Assembly: GCF_009914755.1 (NCBI RefSeq)
Contig: NC_060944.1
Origin: the human T2T-CHM13v2.0 reference genome, Homo sapiens
Direction: 5' to 3' (one strand)
DNA: 64,000 nt
Part shown: in pieces, positions 12,821-26,527 of the stretch
Layout: every line of letters starts with the position of its first letter
How positions within the stretch are numbered: position 1 is the first letter of the stretch
The notes under the pieces: generated by a model
Seen by the model: only the letters and a program-made list of their open reading frames with translations
What the model was told of the DNA's origin: nothing
The model's database searches: none
Made by a program: the position numbers and the translations under genes

Positions 12821-15679
12821 CAGCCTCTGTTCTGAGGCCTCCTTCTGATTTTAGACTGGCTGACGACACCCGGATTACTCTGACCTGCAAGGGGAGGTGG
12901 CTGACCCCAAAGCAGGTTGAGCTGATTGGCATGTGATGGCACTGGATCCCAGCGAGTGCCCCTCATGCTCACTCCCAAACCCCAAATATGCTTCCAAATG
13001 CCACCCCCACCCAGACTCTCACCACAGAGATGGGGTTGTGATGACCACAAGGAAGAGGAGGAAGAGGACCCCAGGGGCTTGGGGCAACACTTGCTGGGGA
13101 GGGTCTGGCTGGGCACCGTGGCAACGCTGTGTCAGGAGAGCCGAACTCAGAGAAGCAGGTGTGATGCCTCATGTCATTGTGTTCCCAGAGCTCAGGGCCA
13201 CATTCAGCCTGAGGTTCAGGCTGGGCTCTCCGATGCCTTTGAGACTTCGCATCTGTGGTTCAGTCTGCCTGGAAAACTCCTACACATCCCTGAATGGCCC
13301 AGCCTGAATGTCACCTCTGTGGAAACATCTCCTGAGTCTTTCAGTCAATGCCCTGGACTTCCCTCCCCTGTGTTTCTCCCAGGTTCCTTTGTTTTTGTGC
13401 TTATTTTTTTAATGGGGTTTGTTTCTTTAATTTTACTTTTTTGGACCTCAGAGGCAGAGATTTGAATAAATTGATCTTCTGGGCTCAAAACTCGTAATCT
13501 TCCCTGGTCCCTGGAAACCCCCTGCCTTGCTTCACTTGTTCTCTTTCTTACTCCCTCTCTGCATCCATCCCTACCCTCATTCCCATGCCTGTTTCCCCGA
13601 CCCTGCACAGCCCACACCCCGGACTTGATGCGTGTGTGCAAATCCTAAGTGTCTTCCCAAGGAGAAAAATACCCAAGAACACAGAATCACATAGAACTCA
13701 TGTCTTTTGCCTTCCTTCCCTCCCTGCCCCGACCCTCGTAAAGCTTTATTTTTATTGCCAAAATTTCTGCTGTCATCTTTGGGACCCCAGAGAGTGGGAG
13801 GCTTTGAGGCCAGAGGATCGAGCTGTGGCTCCAGATGTTTCTCTTCTCCCACATCTGGGTCTTTCTTTTTGGATGTAACGATTGTAAGATTTTATTATTA
13901 TAAAGTCCCAACAAGACCTGCCAACATCCACTGCCAGCACTGTGTCAACTCCATCTCACAGAGTCAGCTAAGAAGGCTCCCGCTTAATTACCCTCACCAC
14001 GAGCCAAGGAGGGGGACCCCAGGGCGTTTTCATAATCAAGACACAGATTTCAAATCAAAGTGATGATCCCAGCCAGGATCAGCCAAGGTCTCTCACAAAC
14101 ACTTGGTCAAAATGAGTTTCCAAGAAGTTCTGTCTTAAATTATTCCTATGGATCGTTCAAGTTATAAGTGAATATTTAGGCTGCAGTTCACAAAAACCTC
14201 TCTCTTTGGGGGGAAAAGAAAACTGGCTTTCATTTGGCAGTTTTTGACTTTGTCAGCATTTCTAATGGCAAGAATGACAAAGTCTGCTTGGGAAATGCCG
14301 GCACCGACAGCTGTGTTTTATTATTGAATATTTCTGGTGGTGGGGTTGGCCGCCACTCTGTTTATGTTGCTTGTAAGATTTCACGCAAGACTCTGCAAGG
14401 TCGTGGGCTTAAACCGAAGTGTCTGATCTGCTGGATAATTCATTCCATCCCCTTCATTCCTAGGCCCTTTCTTTTTATTTTTTTTTCCAAGTGCAAATTG
14501 AGTACTGCCAGAAAATGGAGTCCAGAGGCAGCCCTGGGTTCCCGGTGCAGTTCCCAATTGCTTCTTTTGTCTGTGGGGGTGCAAGGCGGCCATCCCTGCT
14601 TGGGTGACCCTGTAGTGTCCACTTCTCCCCTGAGTTGCATGTCTCCAAGGTCCTGGTCTGTCTTGACACAGGCCTTTCAGTAAGTGCCTTCCCCTCCCTC
14701 AAGCCATTAAGTCCTGCTGCCTTCTTTTTCTGGGAGCTCCCTACCCAGACAGAGAGGGAGTGCACTTTGTTTGCCAAAATCTTACTTCAAACCAGTCAGC
14801 CTGTGTTGGGACACTAAATCTAGCTTTGGAGGTTTGAATGGAGGGGAGGGTCTTTCTTAGTATTCTGATATTTTCCCCTTTTTTCTTCATGAACATGAAA
14901 AAGAAAACTTGCAAGAACAGACATCCAGGGAACTGGGCCACCCCCTGGCCATTTGTTTATTCATTTGCTTTGTCCACAAACTTTTGCCAACAGCTTCTGG
15001 GTGAGGGTAGAAATGGGATTCAGGTATCAGCTGCCATCTCCCTGTGTCCTAAGAGAAGACTGTTTCAAACCCCATTTGCATGCACAGTGGAAATCCACAA
15101 CTCTCTACTTGGTGTCTGCAGATTTGGGAGGAGAGTCACTCTGTCACAGTCACCTCTAGTCTGTCCTCAGGGTGCATTGGAGGTCCGGGTCTGGAGTCAC
15201 TGGCCGTCTGTGGTCTCTATTCTTTACGGTGCAGAGTAACACGAAAGATTCAGTCCTTTACGACTCTCCGTGGAGCCTTCCCTAGGGCCCCCTCTCACCT
15301 TTCATCTTCCTTAACCCAAGAAATCACCTTCTGCCTCCTGGCAATCCGTGTTCCACACTGAACCCCCTGGGTAGGAGGATGGGGATCTGCTCTCTCAAGG
15401 TTTCTAAGCTTTTTCCTGCAGATGTTTTCTCATCTATGAAATGGGATGATAAACGTGCTGGGTTTAGTGAGATAACCTCATGCCAAGGCGCTGTCCTGTG
15501 ACTTTCATTTGATGCACGGGAGAAGCGGGGCTGCGGTTGATTAAGTGACCTCCTTGAGGCCCAGGGCTGGTGGGTGAAGGAATGGAGACAGACGGGACGC
15601 AACTCAAATGCAGCCCCACCTCCTCTCCCCGCATGGCAGGATGCAGCGCGGACCACCCACAGCAAACCCCATACCTACT

Positions 15680-15870
15680 CTGAGCCAGGCACTGTCCTGT
15701 CCTAAGCACTCTGGACACTCGAACTCGGTCCTTACAAAGCAAGGTGCTGTCATCCACACCCTCATCTTACAGGTGGCGACACTGAGGCCCCGACAGTTTT
15801 GTAACATGCCCAAGGTCACACAGTCAGCAAATGGCATGACCAGAATTAGGTTTTGAGCCTTACCCCGCTG
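15680..15870 (-). mobile_element. MIR fragment
   Basis: 'cctcatcttacaggtggcgacactgaggccc...gtaacatgcccaaggtcacacagtcagcaaatggca'. Confidence 0.7.
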
Positions 15871-16450
15871 CACCAGGCTGCCCCTTAGAGCTGAGCCCTA
15901 GTGGGCCAGGCCATGCAGACCCTGCTTCCACCTGTGCTCCTCCTCCCTCCGCTATCCCTCCCCACAGAGGACCACATGGTCAGTTTCCATAAGAAATTAC
16001 CTTGATCATAAAAGACATTCAACTGAGAGCAACCATGTGAATTGCCTGAGGGCCTCTTGGATTCCAGATGCTTTTTGCTAATTCCAGATGGTTGTTTTGT
16101 TGGTGGTAAACTAGCATCTCTGGGCTCTTGGCTTCAGTTTTAGAGAGCTTGTTCCTTCCCCAGCCCCTGTCCTGAGTCTCCTCTCCCTGAATCCAGGTGG
16201 CAGAGGCACAGACAGCCAGACATTTTGTAGCAGTCAGCATGAGACTGTGGATGGGACACAGCAGGTGTGGGGACTGCCAGAATTGCCATCGGACAAGAGC
16301 AGCAAGGGCTGGCCCTGAGCCTGACCAAAGAGGCAACAGTCCCAAGAAGTCTGTAACCTCTGAAATTTGCACACTTAAGGACACTACTCTGTTAGACCCC
16401 TTTTCTGGATGGGGCTGGCTTTTTGTTTTGTTTTGTTAAGTGGGTTAGTG

Positions 16451-16590
16451 CAGGGTTTCTCTTAGATTTGAACACTCCCGCAAAACCTGGGGGGTCGTGT
16501 TAAAATGCAGATTTTGATTCAGCAGGTCTGGGTGGGGGCCTAGGATCCTGCATGTCTGACCAGTTCCCAGGGACCGCACTGGGAGGAGTA
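16451..16590. mobile_element. MER5A-like hAT-Charlie element
   Basis: 'tgttaaaatgcagattttgattcagcaggtctgggtgggggcctaggatcctgcatgtctgaccagttcccagg'. Confidence 0.7.
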
Positions 16591-17856
16591 AGTGGGGAGG
16601 GATGGCTGACGGCCACGTGTGGTTTATGGGTGCAGACCCAGCCTTGGGAGGGTGGCGCTTCGGGGTTTGGGAACTGGGCTGGGACTGGATCCTCCAGAGG
16701 GCAGTCGGGGGGAGATTCAGCTTTGGAGACAGAGATATGTGGTGACTCTACCCACATCTGACTCATCCTCCAGGCTCGGGTACTGGAGGGAAGGGCAGAG
16801 GCAAGGGCTGAGGACCTGAGGTCTGGCTGCCACCGACAGCTCCCTCCTGGGGGCTCACAGGGCTCTGGGAACACCGCCCTCCTCTAATTTCACTGCACAA
16901 CCAAGACTCACCTTGCACTTTTCCTTAGCCCAGCTCTGCCCCGAGATTAGCTGATGTGGGCCCTCCCAGGGGCAACCCGAGCACTCAGGAGGCCTCAGGT
17001 TCAGCAGCTGGGCCTTAACGGTGCAGTCCCCTTGTGACTGGCACGCTCCACGTGCAACCATCAGCCCAGGAGAGACACAGGCTCATGCTGAAAGACATTC
17101 TTATTTGGAAATAATTTTAAACTTTACAAAAAAGTTGACAGAATAAGAATCATACAAAGACATCATAAGCGCTTTCCCAGACTTACCAGTTGTTACCATC
17201 GTATTGCATTGCCTTATCATTTGTATTTTTTTCCTCTCCTTTTATATCTCTTTCTCAGCCTTCATCTCCCCACCAACCACCCTCCCATGTATGTATAAAT
17301 TTTTCTTAGCCTTTTAAGGGGCTCTTGACCCCTCAATACTACAGTGAGAATTTCCTAAGAAAAGAGACATTTTCCTACATAACACAGTACCATTAGCCAC
17401 TTCAGGAAGGAAATTTAACATCGGTGCAGTTCTTAGATCCAACCTGTTACCCATATTTCCATTGGCTAATGGCCCAGTAAATGTCCTTTATAGCATTTTT
17501 TCCTCCAGTACTGGATTCGGTCTAAGACCAAGTGTTGTATTTACTTGTCAGGTCTTTTTGACTCCCTTTCGCCTGAAACCTTTCCACAGTCTGTCTTCCT
17601 TCGTCCGTATGCCATTAACATTTTTGAAAATTACGCTATCCCCATCTATCCCTACTTTTAAACAACAGAATGCTCCTCTTTCTGAGTTGATCTAGTGTTT
17701 TCTACATAGTTAGAGTCAGGTTAGGCATCCTGGGCGGCCCATCAATATGTGATGTTGTGTTATTTTCAGGATATCCTACCTGCCCTGCACTGGCAATGTT
17801 CATCTTGATCACCTGGCCAAGATATTGTCGGATTTCTTCACTGTGTAATTATTATT

Positions 17857-18275
17857 TGATACGGGTTGGATCTGTGTCCCCACCCAAGTCTCATGTTCAG
17901 CTGTAGTCCCCAGTGTTGGAGGTAAGGCCTGGTGGGAGGTGGTCACATCACGGGGGTGGGTTGCTCATTAATGATTCAGCACCATCCCCTTGGTGCTGTC
18001 CTTGTGATGAGTGAGTTCTCGAGAGAGCTGGTTGTTTAAAAGTGCACGGCCCCTCCCACCTTGCTCTGTCTCTTGCTTCTGCTCCCACCATGTAAGACAC
18101 CTGCTCCCCCTTTGCCTTCCACTATGATTAGAAACTTCTTGAGACTTCCCCAGAAGCAGAAGCCATTATACTTCCTGTACAGCCTGCAGAACTGTGAACC
18201 AGTTCAACCTCTTTTCTTTATAAATTACCCAGTCTCAGGTTTTTCTTGACAGCAATGCGAGAATGGACTAATACA
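17857..18275 (+). mobile_element. MSTA-like MaLR solo LTR
   Basis: 'tgatacgggttggatctgtgtccccacccaagtctcatg' ... 'cttcctgtacagcctgcagaactgtgaacc...gagaatggactaataca'; TG...CA termini. Confidence 0.9.
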
Positions 18276-19898
18276 CGATTCTTCCCTTCACACTAACAGC
18301 CAATCTCTGGAGACACCTCTAAGGCCACACAGTGTCAGCTCCTCCGCAAATCCCCAAATCCTTCCTCCATGACTCTGGCCCTGACCAATCTTCATGACCC
18401 TGGTGATGTTTCCCAACTCCAGCCCACTCACATCCTACTGCAAGCAAAGGCTCTTCCTCGTCCTCCAGTCATTCATTCATTCATTCATTTATTATTTATA
18501 TGGACTAATGGAGTCCTATTTTCTCCAATGGTTTATAACTTATTACTGTTCTTATTTTGGTGCCCAAGTTGTCCCAGATTTGGCCAGTGAGAGCCTGTTC
18601 AAGCTGGCTCCTGTGTTCTTACGACACGTCTTCACCATTTTTTCTTAACGCATCCTCACTTTGGGAAATAACAAGCTATGTGAGGCTCATCTAGTGCTTC
18701 CTCACCCTAGTCCTGGAACAAGCCATTTCTCTGAGGAGCCTGGTTTCTTTTCATGGCGGGTGGTATTAGAATCCGGGCCTGCCGTGATTTTTGCAACTGG
18801 GCTGTTTTTGCTTCTAGGCTTTGTCACTGGACTGAGTTAAGAAATATTTAGTGATGTATATGCATCTGGACACAAATGAAGTTGCATATATACATATGTG
18901 CAGACCCATACTTGTCTAAGTGACCGTGGGCATGCATAGACTAACATATTGGATACATATATCTCAGAAGCTATGCGTTCACCTAATTCCTCTGTGCAAA
19001 CACAGAGCTGCCCTCTCTCATTCCCCAGCTGTGCAGTGTGCAGTCTCCAGCTGTTAGCTCACCCAAGGCCCACCTCAGAAGTTGTCCTCCTCTTGGAAGC
19101 TCTGAGCCAATGCCTGAGCAAGGCAGTGGTACAAGGGCTGCCCATCCCTACCCAGTGCAGGACCACTCTATGGGCAGTCCTTGCCCCAGAACTCTCCACC
19201 AGGATGAGAGGCGTTGTGAGTCTGCACATGGTCTGGCAGCCGCACTGTCCCACCCCGCATCCTCCACTTTCCATCACAAAAGTGCTCGCCAAGAAGCCAT
19301 GTATGTTTCTAACCTCACCCAGTACCTGCGACCCTGGTCCCAGCCTGCACTCCAGGGGTCTTTCTTGCTTTCTTTGATCTGTATTCGATGTCCCTTCTTT
19401 CACAGTGAGAATCCTTGCACCTGAAAACAACATCACCCTTATTCAAATGCCCAGTTCTATGATACAGCCCAAATCACTGCAGAAGTGCTTTGCTCACAGC
19501 ACCACGAAAACATCTGTGAAACAGAGTTCAGTATTTGTTTCCAACTCTTTCCCAAACCCTCCGTCCCAGACCTACGCAAGACCATATTTGTAAGTTTGTA
19601 CGATTAGTTCTTGTTTTATTTTTTTCTTTAATTTCTTTATTTTATTTTTGCAAAAACATATAAGTATTTATTTTCAATCACAATGATCATATGCGGCATC
19701 ATGATGCAAATAAATACAATATACAGTATCACAGCCAGGCAACACATTTGTATTTACTGCTACCGTGCACCTGATATACTACAAGGAGCTGGCCTCATCT
19801 TTAATCCTTCCATAAACTCTGCAAGGTGAAGACACTGAGACTTACAGAGAGCACATGTCTTCTCTGAGCTCACAAGTCAAGAAGTGGCAGACAGGTAA

Positions 19899-20273
19899 TT
19901 TATTTTATTTTTTATTATTATTTTACTAGTTTGGGGGGAACAGGTGTTTGGTTGCATGAATAAGTTCTTTAGTGGTCATTTCCAAGACCTTGGTGCAGCC
20001 ATCACCTGAGCAGTGTATGCTGTACCCAAAGTATAGACTTTTATCCCTCACCCTCCTCCCACCCTTCCCCCCGAGTCCCCAGAGTCCATGATATCATTCT
20101 TATGTCTTTGCATCCTCAGAGCTTAGCTCCCACTTGTAAGTGAGAATATAGGATGTTTGGTTTTCCATTCCTGAGTTACTTCACTTAGCATAATGGTCTC
20201 CAACTCCATCCGAGTTGCTGCTGTGAATGCCATTATTCCATTCCTTTCTATCTGAGTAGTATTCCATAGTGTG

Positions 20274-20307
<34 letters not shown>

Positions 20308-20544
20308 CATTGTCTGTATATATATATATATATATATACACATTGTCTGTATATATATATATATACACATTGTCTGTATATATATATATATATACATTGT
20401 CTGTATATATATATATATACACATTGTCTGTATATATATATACACATTGTCTGTATATATATATACTATGTGTGTGTGTACTATATATATACACTATACT
20501 ATGTATATACACACTATACTACATATATATATACACACATACAC

Positions 20545-20575
<31 letters not shown>

Positions 20576-22233
20576 TACATTTTCCCTATCCACTCGTTGG
20601 CTGATGCACGTTTGGGCTGGTACATATTTTTGCAATTGTGAATTGTGCTGCTATAAACCTGTGTGCGCAAGTGTCTTTTTCATATAATGACTTCTTTTCC
20701 TCTGGGTAAATGCCCAGTAGTGGGATTGCTAGATCAAAGGTAGTTCTACTTTTAGTTCTTTAAGGAATTTCCATACTGTTTTCCGTAGCGGTTATACTAG
20801 TTTACATTCTCACCAGCAGTGTAGAAGTGTTCCCTTTTCACCACAACCACAACATCTGTTATTTTTCGATTTTTAAATTATGGCCATTCTTGCAGGAGTA
20901 AGGTGGTACCTCATTGTGGTTTTAATTTGCATTTCCCTGATCATTAGTGACGTTGAGCATTTTTTCATATGTTCATTGGCCATTTGTATATCTTCTTTTG
21001 AGAATTCTACATTCGTGTTCTTAGCCCACTTTTTGATGGGATCATTTGTTTTTTTTCTTGCTTATTTGTTTGAGTTCCTTGTAGATTCGGGATATTAGTA
21101 GTTAGTCAGATGTGTAGTTTGTTAATATTTTCTCCCACTCTGTAGGTAGTTTGTTTCCTCAGCTGATTATTTCTTTTGCTTTGCTGAAGCTTTTTCTTTT
21201 AATTAGGTCCCATTATATTTATCTTTGTTTTTGTTGCAGTTCCTTTTAGATTCTTGGTCATGAACTCCTTGCCTAAGCCAATGTCTAGAAGAGTTTTTCT
21301 GATGTTATCTTCTAGAATTTTTATGGTTTCAGGTCTTAGATTTAAGTCTTTGATCCATCTTGAGTTGACTTTTGTATAAGGTGAGAGATGAGGATCCAGT
21401 TTCATTCTTCTACATGTGCCTTGCCAATTATCCCAGCACCATTTGTTGAATAGGATGCCCTTTACCCACTTTATGTTTTTATTTGCTTTGTAGATCAGTT
21501 GGCTGTAAATATTCTGCTGTATTTCTGGGTTCTTTATTCTGTTCCATTGGTCTATGTGCCTATTTTTATACTAGTACCATGCTGTTTTAGTAACTATAGC
21601 CTTGTAGTATAGTTTGAAGTCAGGTAATGTAATGCCTCCAGATTTGTTCTTTTTGCTTAGTCTTGCTTTTGCAATGTGGGGACTTTTTTGGTTCCATATG
21701 AATTTTAGGATTTTTTTCTAGTTCTGTGAAGAATGATGATGGTATTTTGATGGCAATTGCATTGAATTTGTAGATTGCCTTTGGCAGTATGGTCATTCTC
21801 ACAATATTGATTCTACCCATCCATGAGCATGGGATCTGTTTCCATTTGTTTATGTTGTCTATGATCTCTTTTCTGCAGTGTTTTGTAGTTTTCCTTGTAG
21901 AGATCGTTCACCTCCTGGGTTAGGTTATTCCTAAGTTTTTGTTGTTGTTGTTTTGTTTTTTTGCAGCTGTTGTAAAAAAGGTTGAGTTCTTGATTTGATT
22001 CTCAGCTTGGTCAATGTTAGTTTATAGCAGTGCTACTGATTTGTGTACATTGATTTTGTATCCTGAAACTTTACTGAATTCATTTATCAGATCTAGGAGC
22101 TTTTTGGATAAGTCTTTAGGGTTTTCTAGGTATACAGTCATATCATCAGCAAACAGCGACAGTTTGATCTCCTCTTTACTGATTTGGATGCCCTTTATTT
22201 CTTTATCTTGCCTGATTGCTCTAGCTAAAACTT
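19899..22233 (-). mobile_element. 5'-truncated L1PB (L1PB1-like), ~2.3 kb, with disrupted ORF2 C-terminal remnants
   Basis: L1PB-type 3'UTR 'gaataagttctttagtggtcatttccaagaccttggtgcagccatcacctgagcagtgta'; ORF2 peptides [32 protein letters not shown] (21199-21405) and [22 protein letters not shown] (21620-21820) on the minus strand. Confidence 0.9.
20268..20576. repeat. Compound micro/minisatellite: six CATTGTCTG(TA)n units plus (TA)/(CA) tracts, inside the L1PB 3'UTR
   Basis: CATTGTCTG at 20308, 20341, 20368, 20395, 20422, 20445 separated by variable (TA)n; (CA)n at about 20548-20575. Confidence 0.95.
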
Positions 22234-23211
22234 TTTCTTTTTTTTTTCAGTGTGATTATGGTGTTCACTTGAAAAACATTGAGTTCATTTGTTAGTTTCC
22301 TGTCACTCTTGGGTCTTTTTCCCCTCTCTGACCTTATTGATTAAGTTTCATGTTTCTGAATATTTAAAACATTAACATGCTCCCAAATGTCAAGACGAGA
22401 CCAAAGGGTGCCCTGGAGAGGTCCTCTTCCTTGTGTATCCTTCCACCCTGTCCTCTTATCCCATACCTCCAAAGAATCATGTCTACACTTTCCTACTTTA
22501 CCCCCTCTGTGTTTTTCTTTCTATGCATGGTTTCGTAATTCCCCTTCTTTCTTACACAAAAAGTAGCATATTCTACATTACGTGTTATCTTGCACTTTGC
22601 TTTTTACAGTTAGCAACATCTCTGGAAAATCACTGTATATTCATTCATAGAGATCTTCCTCATTCTTTCTTATAGCTGCATAGTACTTACTACTACATAC
22701 CACAGTGTGGATGTACCTCAGATTCTTCCAAGTCTCTCCTGCATGTGGGTGTTCGGGTCATTTACTGGATTCTGCCATTACAAACAATGGTGCAATGAAT
22801 AAGCCTGTGCTTATGCATTTGCATATAATTGGAGGTGGATCTTTAGGGTAAATTCCTAGAAGTGAGATTGCAGGTTTGAAGTGCGAATGCACACTGCACA
22901 TTGTTTTGTAAGAGGTTGCCCAATTTCCCACCACAGAGATTCCACCATGCTTCATGCCCACTAACAGCACAAGACAGTGAGGGTTTTCCATGGCCTCCCT
23001 GGTGCGAACTGTTATCCAGCATATGAATGTTGTCACTGTGATGGCTGAAAAGTGGTACGACAGTGTAATTTAAATCCACATTTCCCTTATTTGGCGTGCT
23101 TCATGTTTAAGGGCCATTTTATAACTCTTATTGTGAATTGTCTGTTTATGTCTTTGGTCATTTTCCTTAGTTTTAAAATGTCCTGTGTATTTGAAAGAAT
23201 ATGGGCCTTTT

Positions 23212-23833
<622 letters not shown>

Positions 23834-24239
23834 AGAATATTGGCCTTTTGTCTGTGATATACGTTGCAAATATTTTCTCCCAATTTTCTATTTGTCCTTT
23901 GATTTTGCTGATGGTATTTTTGCCATGCAAAAAAATCTTGTTTGAGTTTTTTTGTATCAAATTATCAATCTTGGTTTTCAATCACAGTTAGAAAGTCTTC
24001 TTTACCCAGAGTAGAGGAATTCACCCATCACCTCTAATACTCCATAGTTTAATGATGACTTGTGGTTCCCTGATCTATGTGTGGTTTATTCTTGTGCTTG
24101 GGATGAGGAATGCATTAATTTTATCTTTTTTGCAAATGGCTTTCTTGATGTCCCAACACATTTATTACCCAGATCGCTTTAGCATTGGGTTCAGTTTTAA
24201 TTCCCTCATGAGTGGCCTTGGGGGTAGAGGAGGGGGCAC

Positions 24240-24693
24240 TGGTATACAGGGCAGGTGAGCCCTAAAATTGGGGCTTAGGCTGGGAAGGTTTTTGACTCTG
24301 CTCAGGAAAGAATTCAAGGATGAACTGGCGGTGTTAGACAGCAGCTTTTACTGAAATGGCAGTGTGCAGCAGCAGAGGTTCTGCTCGCTGCTGAGCAGGG
24401 CTCCCCCATAGGCAGTGTGCCCAGTGTAGCAGCTCGGGGCAGTGCTGCAGTCACATTTATACACACTTTTAATTACGTGCAAATTAAGGAGCCGGTTATG
24501 CAGAACTTTCTAGAAAGAGGGTGGTAGCTTCTGGGTTGCTGCCATGGAAAGGGGCGGTAACTTCCAAGTGTTGCCATGGTGATGGTAAATGGCCACGTGG
24601 GTGGGCGTGTCTTATGGAGAGGGGCTTTCACCTCGTCCCTGTTTCAGCCAGTCTTCAATCTGGTCCAGAGTCTAGTCTCCACCTCTCACCTCA
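24240..24693 (-). mobile_element. MER66-like ERV1 solo LTR
   Basis: 'gagccctaaaattggggcttagg...caggaaagaattcaagg...gttgctgccatggaaaggggcggtaacttccaagtgttgccatgg'; TG...CA termini. Confidence 0.7.
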
Positions 24694-25034
24694 GGAGAGC
24701 AGGGCTGTAATGCTAGTTCCAAGTGAGGAATGGCCTGGCCTTCACCAGCCAAAGGGCCTCATCCTTCTACCTCCCAGGTCTGCTGTCGGCTCCTCTGAGA
24801 CCTGAGGATGCTGGAGGTGCACCCTGAGGGTGGTGTGCTGAAACTGGCTTCTAGCGAGATGGCCCATCATCAGCATTCCCTGAGGCCCGGGGTCCCACTG
24901 ACCTAGAAGTGGGGGCTCTGATCTTTTCACTGCAAAGAGACAGTGAAGGAGATTGGGGGGCAATGGAGGAATGTCATGAGTCAGTCTTGGGTCACCTATA
25001 GTCCCAGGCCTTGTACAGGACCCCACGAAGTTCT

Positions 25035-25250
25035 GCTCTCACCCTGATTCACACCTGTCATCTCCCACCTAGGGGACGAAAGTAATTTCCATCTGGTCCC
25101 CTGTACCACTCTGGCCTTCCCATGGTAGCCAGAGGTATCCTTTTAAATCAAGCCACATGACATCTCCTGCTGGCTCAAAACCCCCAGTGTCTCCTTCTAT
25201 GGTGGCCTGGAAGGGACAGAAGCCTCTTCATTCATCACTGAGGCCCCTAA
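25035..25250 (+). mobile_element. L2 fragment
   Basis: 'gtagccagaggtatccttttaaatcaagccacatgacatctcctgctggctcaaaacccccagtg'. Confidence 0.55.
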
Positions 25251-25944
25251 CTCAAGGCAAGACAACGAGTTGGGCAGAAGCCAAGTTGCAGAGGCATCTG
25301 GAGCTCCTTGTATTGTGTACAAATGTACGGCTCCTGTCCAGCATTGTCGGTGGCCTCCTGGGACCCTGCTTTGCTCACTCCCTGTTGCCAGTTGGGTCAA
25401 GTGCGAAGTCCTTAGCTCAGTCCCACTTCTGCGCTGCTCAAATTGCTTCACTATTCCCTGCTCATTTCCCCCCAGGCCCTGCCCCTCTTGGTCCAACCCT
25501 ACAATCCTGCCAGACTTCAAGGCTCTTGCTGGCTATTCAGCCCACACCCACCCTACTGGGCCCTGATCCCCATGGAGGTTGGAGCTCACCAGTGAAACCA
25601 AAATCACTCCAGATATTCACAACAAAGGGAGTTTAGCACAGGGAACCAGGGCACGGAAGTGGAGGAGCTCGAACCTGACAGGGATGGCAAGAAGCCCCAG
25701 TGGGTGGCAGCTCAGGGAGCCCCTGCTGTGGCTTGTGGGAGGCGGGAAGGGAGGAGGAGGGCGTGGGAGGGGGAAGTCAGGTGTTCCCATGGGTGGCATC
25801 TCAGCAGAAGCTGCATCTCCTCTGTGACCTGGTGCAGTGGCCGCCTGTCACTGGGTGAGACTTGTCCACCGTAACAGCAATACTTCCTCAATCCTCATGC
25901 CTTAGTTTGAATTCCCTGTGCTCAGCGCAACTTTCTTTGGGTCC

Positions 25945-26527
25945 TGTGTTAGTTTCTGCAGAGAAACAGAACAGAAGACATATATTTACATGCATATAAA
26001 TTTATTTATTATACCGGATTGGCTCACACAATTATAGAGGCTGAGTCGTCCCAGGATCTGCAACTGGCAAGCTGGAGACTCAGGAACGCTCAGGGTGTAA
26101 GTTCCAGTCTGAGGACAGAGGAAGAATCCATGTCCCAGCTCAAACAGGCAAGCAGGTCAAATCCCCTCGAGTCAGATTTTTTGCTCCATTCAGTTCCTCA
26201 ACTGATTGAAAGAGGCTGAGCCATACAAGAGAGGTAACAGCTTGACTCAGTCCACAGATTCAAATGTTAATCTCATCCAGAAACACTCTCACAGACACAC
26301 CTGGAAGAATGTTTTGTTTTATTTTGTTTTTTGAGACAAGGTCTTACTGTCGCCCAGGCTGCAGTGCAGTGGCATGAACTTCAAGACTCAAGAAATCTGC
26401 CCAGTTCAGCCTCCCAAAGCACTAGGATTACAGGCATGAGCCGCTGCACCTGGACTGGAATACTGTTTGACCAAATATCTGGATACCTGGTGGCTGAGTC
26501 AAGTAGACACATAAAATTAACATTGCA
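25945..26527 (-). mobile_element. MLT2 (MLT2C-like, ERVL) LTR, interrupted by a truncated Alu
   Basis: 'cagagaaacagaacagaaga...ttggctcacacaattatagaggctgag...caaatgttaatctcatccagaaacactctcacagacacacc...caagtagacacataaaattaac'. Confidence 0.85.
26313..26455 (-). mobile_element. Monomer-length Alu-family element (FLAM-like, or internally deleted AluJ)
   Basis: Right-arm-like start joined to left-arm end 'cagcctcccaaagcactaggattacaggcatgagcc'; approximate TSD tggaa(gaa/tac)tgttt. Confidence 0.8.

Noticed and set aside
12098-12932. Similar peptides in opposite-strand ORFs (GxCSNxxLxGLVVYQxQK) as paralogous exons
   Set aside because: Explained by the inverted DNA duplication; no recognisable protein family
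20123-20687. Tyr/Ile-rich ORFs
   Set aside because: Translation of the (TA)n microsatellite in an L1 3'UTR
21199-21820. L1 ORF2 peptides as a functional CDS
   Set aside because: Fragmented by stops and frameshifts in a 5'-truncated element
25737-25775. G-quadruplex-like G-run cluster
   Set aside because: Common in GC-rich DNA; no promoter or CpG-island context
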